Positions 29,401-36,449 of a stretch of 64,000 bases of DNA are shown piece by piece. The stretch is from NCBI GenBank assembly GCA_016931695.1, contig JAFGEI010000148.1:11394-75393 (forward strand). Reading direction: 5' to 3'. Position 1 is the stretch's first letter. Each line of letters begins with the position of its first letter. The stretch comes from Anaerolineae bacterium (lineage in GTDB: Bacteria > Chloroflexota > Anaerolineae > B4-G1 > DUEL01). The notes beneath the pieces are model-generated. The model made no database searches, was not told where the DNA came from, and was given only the letters and a program-made list of their open reading frames with translations. A program made the position numbers and the translations under genes.

Positions 29401-30067
29401 CCTCTGCGGCGTGGCGGCCAAGAGCCGCTTTGTCCCCGTCGTCGGCGAGCCATTGATCGCCGTCTTTCCGCTGCGCCTGGGCGCGGTGCTGAGCCCCGGC
29501 GGGGTGAGTGTGCAGGTGGTGAAGGTTGTCAATGAGGGAACGTCGAATCTGCGCTGGAGCCTGGTCGAGAATCCGGCAGTGCCCTGGTTAGAGGAGGCGC
29601 CGGTCGACGGCGTAACTCCGCCGTTCAGCACCACTGACGTCCTGGTCACTTTTGACGCTGCCGGACTGGGGGGCGGGGTCTATGCGACGGACCTGGAAGT
29701 GCACAGCAATGATCCCGCCGGATTCCCCGTGGAGGTGGACACTGTCCTGACTGTCACGGAAGAGTGTGTTCCCGTCGGCGAGGTGAATTTCGACCATTGG
29801 CCGCCGAACCCCCTGGTGGGAAGGCCGGTGACTTTTACGGCTTCTGCGGCCTACGGCACGTCCCCGGTGCTGTACGTGTGGGATTTTGGCGATTATCAGG
29901 CGGGGGAAGGGGAGGTCGTGTCCCATATTTATGTCGCGGCTGTAACCTATCGCGTTGCCGTGACGGCGACCAACGCATGTGGCAGCGATGGAAGGGCGCG
30001 CTACGTCACAGTCTATGGAAAGCCCATCTATTATCTCTACCTGCCGCTTGTCTCGAGAGTGCCCTGA
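23414..30067 (+). CDS. Giant secreted multidomain S8 (subtilisin-like) peptidase
   Basis: Signal peptide; BNR/Asp-box propeller (SVDGG, STDDC, SDDG, SADGG, SCDGG, SGDGG); FN3-like module; S8 triad NNDTG, GHGTYTTG, SGTSASGPH; three Ig-like (NEW3-type) repeats; two PKD domains (WDFGD); ends YYLYLPLVSRVP. Confidence 0.88.
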   Translation: MNARRLAGLFVILAALLGFLPVTDAAFVAVSPTPAGEAPAAQIDVNCTLLDDPHTRGMMSFALEQKLLLLCGRLQDSPRGGTAAPVADGEILRSDDVLVNDPAGDVGLSTTQSGTTIAVNPDTGVVCSAYNDSQHWAEGNVSFTGFSRSVDGGASFVDRGPFPIGDGGSSMGLPSLSWRDADGYFYYLSLHTSGLGLWRSTDDCNTFSFYNVIHVGPYDDKAMMVVDNNLASPYYGRFYVAWTDFSDGRIYLIYSDDGIAWSPPLALSVIGADVQGAWPAVAPNGDVYVAWLRWNPYPNGPIAVEMVSSADGGNSFSFASSPMVGQVNPRDSFATALCGRPALNGEIRYAPFPQIAIGPDGCIHAVYSYDPDGFNFGDVVNVYYRRSCDGGMSWSAELQLNQDETGTDQWSPTISVGPTNTVAATWYDRRQDSLGNWWFDYYGAFSGDGGMTWLSDIRITDDSSPVAPLLPNFDPLVLNCYHGDYDQQVQAVDSIYVQWSNDVNVQNLHADPDAWFARYSLAPDFTLEVEPDYHDVCKPDQVFSTISVGSFNGYDEPVTLSESSLPTGVNASFSDNPVFPLPGLSIYTLDVSATTAEGLYTVVISGTSLSLTHRVTLTLAVNSVIPSSATMLTPVDGASELPLVGIVFDWAALPEATAYRFQLDDDPAFGSPEVDAVDVRASEYYVFGPFAPLTTHYWRVSASNGCGEGPFSAPFSFTTQAAACILMVDDDQDLPDVQAYYVGALQNLGYTYDVWDTSTMGDPPLAHLSGYPHVIWATGYPWVDTLNAANEAALAGYLDGGGNLFLSSEDYLFEAGLSPFAQHYLGLASYANDVNYTDPVGNAGAPIGDGLGPYVLVPPAGWPGNFYTDEVAGAQPAPFRWLAAGTDNSTTLISDTYKTAFLAWPLEGLADLAARTEVLSETIAWFGGCSASGYLAGYVRDGEMGGANPPCTTAVVYVEPLGREVPVNMATGYYHASLLPGNYVVEATAPGHSWESAGVTVVDGVTTTQDFELWRPWIEITPTGFVSVTVPMGPPVVGTLWITNYGHLPLDYSIWELPWGGALLSDRPLPAITTLRQERDGAAVVEPQLLAEIAAAGESDFFVWLVERADLSPAHDLATKEQKGWYVFTALTAVAERTQAPLRQYLDRQGVAYEPFYIANKVLVRGGDETLLLNLASRPDVLRITANHIYHLDPSLLGGVPDQGPQPDAVEPNIAFIRADQAWALGYDGTGTVMGNNDTGIDETHPALASHYRGCLDPPACSIWDHNYSWWDATGTYPVNPNDGLGHGTYTTGVMVGDDGGVNQIGVAPGARTIHCKALDDSGGGSDVTLTECFQWDLAPWNLSGDNPNPLLSPDALNNSWGYMNGGAPQFKDEIQALHAAGILVEVASGVEGPSCATLRSPADYWEPLTTGSVDPSTGYPGTISAFSSRGPSMMDSTYWFPDVVAPGENIRSSWLGGGYNSMSGTSASGPHATALVALCWDAAPLLRGHVEETIHVITSTVTPLTGQFGSNCGGDYTTGPNHDWGWGSVDALALAQECFARGGLADLPWVWTNPVSGAVPGPGLQPVDVTVWCTETGELSGTLGIAHNDPCREPVAVPLWIHCVCAHGVNVTPAMDARAGEPGATVVYTLTVVNSGTCTDTFDLTLSGHSWPTIAPTTVGPLAPGAGDSLGVVVEIPVDALCGEWDEAVVTVASHFEPGVAVSSVLTTSAGAVYSVTLDQPADLRWGDPGSDVHYFLIVTNSGNCTDTVNISAAATWPTAVVPAVGPLAPGASAGVDITVTVPADAQCGEWDEATVTFASQADGSISTSSLLTTLANAVAGVAVVPPADSQGGDPGATVTYALALTNTGNCSDTFAIVVSGNLWPTAAPPAVGPLQAQEAHLVGVTVTIPGDALPYEFDVAVVTFSSSQGGKGAYVTSTLTTTVNCEAVSGADFVYTPSLPLAGETVVFTGVVAAGTSPLTYTWDFGDGATGMGAVVSHSYELSGTFYVVVTATNLCGVAAKSRFVPVVGEPLIAVFPLRLGAVLSPGGVSVQVVKVVNEGTSNLRWSLVENPAVPWLEEAPVDGVTPPFSTTDVLVTFDAAGLGGGVYATDLEVHSNDPAGFPVEVDTVLTVTEECVPVGEVNFDHWPPNPLVGRPVTFTASAAYGTSPVLYVWDFGDYQAGEGEVVSHIYVAAVTYRVAVTATNACGSDGRARYVTVYGKPIYYLYLPLVSRVP

Positions 30068-30123
30068 TGGCGCATAGTGCCTTAAGGTTTTATCTGAATC
30101 GTGGAAATAGGAGGTGTGGTAAC

Positions 30124-30522
30124 ATGCTGGATATTTCAATACCTCGGGAGTGTGTCTATCAGCAGTTTGACGCGCATCCAGGCCCTTGCCCCCGCTGCGG
30201 CAGCGACCTGGAGGTTCAAAAAGCAACCTACCTGGTAACGACGCGAGATGAGGAACGGATGACGGACAGCTTTATCGTCGAGAACGACATGGGCTGGTTC
30301 TGCAGACAGTGCCCAACCCTGGTCGTCGACCCCCGCCGGGTGAGCGAGTTTTTGCTGCGCCAAAAGGCCGAGGCGGACATTGGGCGGGAATTTGCCGTGG
30401 TGGGGCTCGTGGGCCTGGAGGTGATCCCAGAGGAGCGGAAGGAGCTCCCGCTGGGCACGGACGAAAATCCCATCCCCTTGGTCTGGTTCACCAACATTCC
30501 CCGCGGGACAATGCCCGATTAG
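30124..30522 (+). CDS. Hypothetical protein with two CxxC motifs
   Basis: AGGAGG RBS; CPRC and CRQC. Confidence 0.65.
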   Translation: MLDISIPRECVYQQFDAHPGPCPRCGSDLEVQKATYLVTTRDEERMTDSFIVENDMGWFCRQCPTLVVDPRRVSEFLLRQKAEADIGREFAVVGLVGLEVIPEERKELPLGTDENPIPLVWFTNIPRGTMPD

Positions 30523-30606
30523 GCGGTCTGACAGTACAGTACGTTAGGCTGTGAGGATGTAGGGATGAGCGCCTTCTGTGAGGGGGCGCTTTTCTCTGTC
30601 TTGCCG

Positions 30607-31497
30607 ATGGGTGGCATCATATTCGATATCAAGCGTTTCTCCGTTCACGACGGCCCGGGTATCCGTACGACGGTCTTTTTCAAGGGCTGTCCGTTGCGCT
30701 GTCAGTGGTGTCACAATCCGGAAAGCCAGCGCGTGCGGCGAGAGTTGATGGTGTGGAGGGAGCGCTGTATTGGATGTGGGGCCTGCGTCTCTCTCTGCGA
30801 GCAAGGTGTGGCGGTGCCGGATAGAGTGAGGGGGGAGGGCTGTATTCTCTGTGGGCAGTGTGTTGATGGTTGTTACGCCGAGGCGAGGCAGATGGTAGGG
30901 CGGGAAATGTCTGTCCAGGAAGTGATGGCGGAGGTGGAGCGGGATATCGCTTTCTACGACGAATCGGGTGGGGGGGTGACTTTTTCCGGCGGTGAGCCGC
31001 TGCTGCAGCCCACGTTTCTGTATGCCCTTTTGCAGGCCTGCCAGGCAAAGGAGATTCACACCGCCGTGGATACCTGCGGCTGGGCGGACTGGGCGGTTCT
31101 GGATTGCGTGCGTCCCCACGTCGACCTTTTTCTGTACGATCTCAAGTTGATCGACGAGGTCGCCCACCGGCGGTGGACCGGGCGCTCGAACGACCGGATT
31201 CTGGACAACCTGCGGCGGCTTTCGGCTTTCGGCCAGCGGATAATCCTTCGCGTAGCCATTGTACCCACGATCAACGACGACGCCCAGTCTGTCCGGCAAA
31301 TTGGCAGCTTTGCCGCCAAATTGCCCGGCCTGGAGCGAGTTGACCTCTTGCCCTACCATCGGGCAGGAGCGGAAAAATACACCCGTCTCGCCCGCGATTT
31401 TTCTTTGCCCGGGATTCGTCCGCCGACAAAGGAGAAAATGGCCGAGATTGCGCGAGTTTTTACGGCATTGGGACTGCAGGTCAAGGTGGGAGGCTGA
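30607..31497 (+). CDS. Glycyl-radical enzyme activating protein (radical SAM with ferredoxin insert)
   Basis: HDGPGIRTTVFFKGCPLRCQWCHNPES, CIGCGAC, CILCGQC, TFSGGEP, LLPYH. Confidence 0.95.
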   Translation: MGGIIFDIKRFSVHDGPGIRTTVFFKGCPLRCQWCHNPESQRVRRELMVWRERCIGCGACVSLCEQGVAVPDRVRGEGCILCGQCVDGCYAEARQMVGREMSVQEVMAEVERDIAFYDESGGGVTFSGGEPLLQPTFLYALLQACQAKEIHTAVDTCGWADWAVLDCVRPHVDLFLYDLKLIDEVAHRRWTGRSNDRILDNLRRLSAFGQRIILRVAIVPTINDDAQSVRQIGSFAAKLPGLERVDLLPYHRAGAEKYTRLARDFSLPGIRPPTKEKMAEIARVFTALGLQVKVGG

Positions 31498-31499
31498 AC

Positions 31500-33866
31500 A
31501 TGGCGATGACTGAACGGGTTGCCCGGCTGCGGCAGCAGAGTTTGGATGCTGTCCCCTCGATCTCTGCCGAGAGGGCGCGCTTGATGACCGAGTTTTACCA
31601 GCAGAGCCAGGGGCTATGCTCTGCTCCAGTGCGGCGGGCTTGGGCCTTCCGGTATCTGCTGGAGCACAAGGCGATTTATATCGGCGAGGGGGAGCTGATT
31701 GTCGGCGAGAAGGGAAATGTCCCCAAGGCGACGCCGACGTATCCCGAACTTTGCTGCCACAGCCTGGCGGATCTCGAAATCCTGCACTCGCGGGGGAAAA
31801 TTCCCTTTGCTGTCAGCCCTGAAACCCGGCAGCTCTATGCCGATGTCGTGATTCCCTTCTGGCGAGGACGCTCGATGCGCGATCTCATCTTTGACGAGAT
31901 GGCCGACGGATGGAAAGCGGCCTATGAGGCGGGGGTCTTTACCGAGTTCATGGAGCAGCGCTCGCCAGGCCACACGGTCCTGGATGACAAGATCTATTAC
32001 ATGGGACTGCTCGATTTCCAGCAAAAGATTGACGCCAGCCTGGCAGGATTGGATTATCTCAATGACCCTGAGGCGTACGCAAAGCAGGAGCAGCTCAAGG
32101 CAATGCGCGTCGCGGCTGGGGCGCTGATTCGCTTTGCCAAACGGCACGCGGAGGGGGCGCGGGAATTGGCGCGGCAGGAAAAGGACCCGCAGCGCAAGCG
32201 GGAGCTGGAGAAAATTGCTGCTGTCTGCTCTCGCGTCCCCGTCCACGCCCCACGCGGCTTTTGGGAGGCGCTGCAATATTACTGGTTCGTCCACCTGGGT
32301 GTGACAATAGAGCTGAATCCCTGGGACGCCTTTTGCCCGGGCCGCCTGGACCAGCACCTCTACCCCTTCTACGAGCGGGGTCTGGCGGATGGAACCCTGA
32401 CTCGTGACTATGCGGAGGAATTGTTGCAATGCCTCTGGATCAAGTTCAACAACCAGCCCGCTCCCCCCAAGGTGGGGGTTACCGCGGCCGAGAGCAGTAC
32501 CTACACCGATTTTGCCCAGATCAATACCGGCGGCCTGCGGGCTGACGGCTCTGACGGCGTCAACCCTGTCACATATCTACTATTGGACGTCATTGAGGAG
32601 ATGCGGCTGCTGCAGCCGAGTTCGTCGGTCCAGGTGAGCAAAAAGAGCCCCGATCGCTTTCTCAAGCGGGCGGCGCGCATTATCCGTACTGGTTTTGGCC
32701 AGCCCGCGATCTTTAATGCCGACCTGATCGTTCAAGAGTTGATCCGCCAGGGCAAGTCTGTTGCCGACGCGCGCAATGGTGGCTCCAGCGGCTGTGTCGA
32801 GGTGGGGGCTTTTGGCAAGGAGAACTATAATCTGACTGGCTACTTTAACATGCCCAAGGTGCTCGAGATCACGCTCCACAACGGCGTCGATCCGCGAACG
32901 GGCCGCCAGCTGGGCCTCGAGACCGGGGATCCGCGCCAGTTTGCTTCCTTTGCAGACCTGTTCGGCGCTTTTGTGCGGCAGTTGAACTACTTTATCGAGA
33001 TCAAGGTGCGCGGCAACAACGTCATCGAGCGGCTCTATGCTCGCTACATGCCGGCCCCATTTCTCTCGCTGATGATCGACGACTGTATCGCACGGGGAAA
33101 AGACTATCACGACGGCGGTGCGCGCTACAACACGACGTATATCCAGGGGGTGGGGTTGGGCACGGTGACCGATGCCTTGACGGCGATCAAATACCATGTT
33201 TTCGATCGGCGGGCGCTCTCGATGGACGAGCTGCTGGCGGCCCTGCAGGGCGATTTCGCCGGGCACGAACGAATGCGCCAGATGCTGCTGAATCGGACGC
33301 CCCGCTATGGCAACGACGATGATTACGCCGACGCGGTGATGCAAGCCGTTTTCGAGGCCTATTACCAGGCGGTCGATGGCCGGCCCAATACCAAGGGCGG
33401 CACGTATCACGTCAACCTGCTGCCGACCACGGTCCACATCTATTTCGGCTCGGTCACTGGCGCAACTCCGGACGGCCGGCGGGGTGGGGCGCCGCTCTCT
33501 GAAGGCGTCTCGCCGGTCCAGGGGGCCGACCGGAAAGGGCCGACGGCAGTGATCCGTTCCGTAGCCAAGATGGATCACGCCCGCACGGGCGGCACGCTGC
33601 TGAACCAAAAGTTTACCCCGGCGCTGCTGCAGGACGAGGACGGCCTGGACAAGCTGGCCCAGTTGGTGCGCACCTACTTCAAGCTGGATGGCCACCACGT
33701 TCAATTCAACGTCGTCGATGCCGCTACGCTGCGTGCGGCAAAAGAGAACCCGGAGCGGTACCGCGACCTGATCGTGCGGGTGGCGGGTTACAGCGACTAT
33801 TTCTGCAATCTCGGCGAGGCGCTGCAGGACGAGATCATCGCCCGAACGGAGCACGAGTCATTCTAG
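31500..33866 (+). CDS. hypD: trans-4-hydroxy-L-proline dehydratase (glycyl radical enzyme)
   Basis: Close colinear resemblance to the C. difficile HypD sequence as I recall it: TEFMEQRSPGHT, WDAF.PGRLDQ, NNQPAPPKVG, ESSTYTDFA, SGCVE, LTGY, LPTT.HIYFG, RVAGYS. Confidence 0.88.
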   Translation: MAMTERVARLRQQSLDAVPSISAERARLMTEFYQQSQGLCSAPVRRAWAFRYLLEHKAIYIGEGELIVGEKGNVPKATPTYPELCCHSLADLEILHSRGKIPFAVSPETRQLYADVVIPFWRGRSMRDLIFDEMADGWKAAYEAGVFTEFMEQRSPGHTVLDDKIYYMGLLDFQQKIDASLAGLDYLNDPEAYAKQEQLKAMRVAAGALIRFAKRHAEGARELARQEKDPQRKRELEKIAAVCSRVPVHAPRGFWEALQYYWFVHLGVTIELNPWDAFCPGRLDQHLYPFYERGLADGTLTRDYAEELLQCLWIKFNNQPAPPKVGVTAAESSTYTDFAQINTGGLRADGSDGVNPVTYLLLDVIEEMRLLQPSSSVQVSKKSPDRFLKRAARIIRTGFGQPAIFNADLIVQELIRQGKSVADARNGGSSGCVEVGAFGKENYNLTGYFNMPKVLEITLHNGVDPRTGRQLGLETGDPRQFASFADLFGAFVRQLNYFIEIKVRGNNVIERLYARYMPAPFLSLMIDDCIARGKDYHDGGARYNTTYIQGVGLGTVTDALTAIKYHVFDRRALSMDELLAALQGDFAGHERMRQMLLNRTPRYGNDDDYADAVMQAVFEAYYQAVDGRPNTKGGTYHVNLLPTTVHIYFGSVTGATPDGRRGGAPLSEGVSPVQGADRKGPTAVIRSVAKMDHARTGGTLLNQKFTPALLQDEDGLDKLAQLVRTYFKLDGHHVQFNVVDAATLRAAKENPERYRDLIVRVAGYSDYFCNLGEALQDEIIARTEHESF

Positions 33867-36335
33867 TGGCGCGCCGTATAGTGCCGTATAGATTGCATAA
33901 TGCTCGCGGATGAGCTTGAGATACAATTGGGTCTCTCGAAAGCCGATCGTTTCCAGGAACAGGTCGGGGTCTCCTCCTGCCGCTTCTAGCCAGCGCGCAG
34001 CGTTGGTCGGCCCGCCGTTGTACCCGGCCAGGGTGGCGTGCAGCTGTCCGGCGAAGCGATCCTGCTGCTCCGCCAGGTACCAGGTGCCAAAGCGGATGCT
34101 GACGTAGGGGCGGTAGAGGTCGTCGGTCTCGTAATCCGGTGGCCATCCCAACTGCCCGGCGATGTAGGCACCGGTGGAAGGGATCACCTGCATCAGGCCG
34201 TGGGCGTAGGCCCACGAGGTGGCAAACCCCTCGAACAGGCTCTCCTGGCGGATGAGGGCGAATACGAGCAAGGGTGGCAGGTCTTGCTCCATGGCGTTGG
34301 ATAGAACCAGTTCTGCGTAGTGGGTGGGGTAGGCCAGGCGGGCCAGGAAAGGTGGGGCGTCAAGGGTGGATGCGGCGGGGGAGAGGGCAATCAGGTTGCT
34401 GGCGGCAATGATAGAGGAGCGGTAGAGCCCGATGTCGCGGTAGAGAAGGGCCAGGCGGTACTGGGCCAGTGGATCGTCCGCCGTGGCGCGGCGGAGGTTT
34501 TCCAGCTCGTTCCGCGCCGCCTCCCACTGTCCCAACCGCCACAGCTCCAGACCACGCTGCAGGCGCGGGTCGTCCTGCAGCGTGGCGTCCAACTCCCCAA
34601 CGCGGCTGCCGGAGGCCAGGCCGAGCCAGCTTGCCAGCCACGCTTCGGCCGCCGCCTGTTCGGCGGCGAGGTCGGCAGGGGGCGCATAGCTTGCCGGCCG
34701 GAAAGGTGGCGCAAATGGGTCTTGCAGCATGTCAGCAGCACGCAGGCCATAGTAGCCGAGCGGATCGATGCGCGCGGCCTGGCTAAAGGCCGCGGTCGCC
34801 GAGATGGTATCCCCGGCCGCCAGGCGTGCTTTGCCCAGCCAGAGGTAGGCTGCACTGCTGTGCTCCGAGCTGGGATATTGCTCCACCAGGGCCTGCCAGT
34901 CGCTTACCGCCCGCGCAGTCTCGCCCCGCCGGTAGTGGTAGAGGCCAGCGCGAAAGAGGGCCTGCGCGGCATAGTCGGAGGCGGGATAGGCCGCCTGACA
35001 GCTTTCATAGGCGGCGGCAGCGTCATGGTCCTGGCTGCGTTCCAGGGCCTGAGCGGCTGACCACAGGGACTCGGCGGCGAGGGGATGGCTGGGGGCGGTT
35101 TGGGCAAAATTTGCATAGACCTGGACCGCGCCGCCGATGTCTCCTTGTTCCTCCAGCGATTTCCCCCAGTGCAGCCAGGCCTCGCCCCAAAACGGGCTCT
35201 CCGGGTGGGTTTCGACCAGGGTGCGGAACTGGTAGGCGGCCAGGGCGGGGGACCCTGCCTCCAGGTGGGCCAGCCCGGCATAGTAGTGGGCGTCGCCCGA
35301 GTGGCTCTCGCTCGATTCGATGTAGCGGTACAGGGCGGCGACCGCCGGGCTGTAGGCGCCGGCGTGGTAGTCGACGATGCCGCGGGTCAGGTCGTCTACC
35401 GGCACGCCGGCACCGACCAGCACGACGAGCGACTGGTAGGCCCACGGGCTGGCAGGATACTCCAGGACGATCTCCAGGTGCCGGGCGTAGCCCGCTTCCA
35501 CCTGTCCGGCAAGGATCGCCGTCTCGGCCGCCAGGTGACCGATGCGGGCGCGGTAATCGGCAATGCGGGCCTGGGCCAGGATGGCATCGTATTGCTCCAG
35601 GGCGGCGGCGAAATCTCCCTCTGCCGCGTGGAGCAGGCCGATCTTTTCCCGCACGCCGACCTCGAGGGAGAGGTCTGGCGCACTGTCGACGGCGACGCGG
35701 TAAGCATTCAGCGCGCTGTCCAACTCCCCCGCCGCTTGCAGGGCGTCTCCCAGCCATTCGTGGACGTAGGGGCCGATTGCGGTTCCGCCCTTCAGATAGA
35801 GCTGGTACTGCCAGGCGGCGCCCGCGGCATTGCCCGTTTCCATCAATGCCTCGGCGTGGAGAAAATGGGCCGCGTGAGCTTGCTCCGAATCGGGGTAGCG
35901 CTCGTCCAGTTCTTGGAAGGCGTCGGCAGCCTGGTCGTAGGCCTGGTCGAGCAAATAGGTCTGGCCGAGGGCGAGCAGTGCCTGGGCGCCGAGCTGTGCG
36001 TCGCTCGAGATTGCCAGCGCGGCCTGGAGGGCCAGAGTGGCGCCATCGATGTCGCCGACGAACAGCGCCGCTTCGCCAAGCTGCAACAGGTCGGCGGGCA
36101 CCGGCGTCGGCGTTGGAGTGGGAGAGGGCGTTGCAGTGGGTGTGGGTGTTGCAGTTGGCGACGGGCTGGGGGGCGTGGTTGCGCTGGGTGACGGCGTGGC
36201 GCCGGGCAAGGTTGCGGGCACGGGGATGCAGGAGGCCGTGCTGATTGAGGAGGCCAGCAGCACAGCCAAAACAGCGAGGATGGGCGGGCGCCGTTTTCCA
36301 TTGTCGCGCAAATGATCGGGAGACGGGTTCTTCAC
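33858..36335 (-). CDS. TPR-repeat soluble lytic transglycosylase (SLT), probably a lipoprotein
   Basis: Hydrophobic leader ending TASC, PT linker, many TPR helices, IRQESLF, AHGLMQVIP, AGYNGG, ETQLY. GTG start at 36335 inferred. Confidence 0.88.
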   Translation of the reverse strand: MKNPSPDHLRDNGKRRPPILAVLAVLLASSISTASCIPVPATLPGATPSPSATTPPSPSPTATPTPTATPSPTPTPTPVPADLLQLGEAALFVGDIDGATLALQAALAISSDAQLGAQALLALGQTYLLDQAYDQAADAFQELDERYPDSEQAHAAHFLHAEALMETGNAAGAAWQYQLYLKGGTAIGPYVHEWLGDALQAAGELDSALNAYRVAVDSAPDLSLEVGVREKIGLLHAAEGDFAAALEQYDAILAQARIADYRARIGHLAAETAILAGQVEAGYARHLEIVLEYPASPWAYQSLVVLVGAGVPVDDLTRGIVDYHAGAYSPAVAALYRYIESSESHSGDAHYYAGLAHLEAGSPALAAYQFRTLVETHPESPFWGEAWLHWGKSLEEQGDIGGAVQVYANFAQTAPSHPLAAESLWSAAQALERSQDHDAAAAYESCQAAYPASDYAAQALFRAGLYHYRRGETARAVSDWQALVEQYPSSEHSSAAYLWLGKARLAAGDTISATAAFSQAARIDPLGYYGLRAADMLQDPFAPPFRPASYAPPADLAAEQAAAEAWLASWLGLASGSRVGELDATLQDDPRLQRGLELWRLGQWEAARNELENLRRATADDPLAQYRLALLYRDIGLYRSSIIAASNLIALSPAASTLDAPPFLARLAYPTHYAELVLSNAMEQDLPPLLVFALIRQESLFEGFATSWAYAHGLMQVIPSTGAYIAGQLGWPPDYETDDLYRPYVSIRFGTWYLAEQQDRFAGQLHATLAGYNGGPTNAARWLEAAGGDPDLFLETIGFRETQLYLKLIREHYAIYTALYGAPLE

Positions 36336-36449
36336 GTCCCAAATGGTAATTGAAATCTGGTGTTCTGTCAAATTGGATTGCTTTCTCGCTTCCCGCATGT
36401 TATACTCTACAGTGGCATGATCGACCACAGCGTGGTGTAGGGGGAATCA

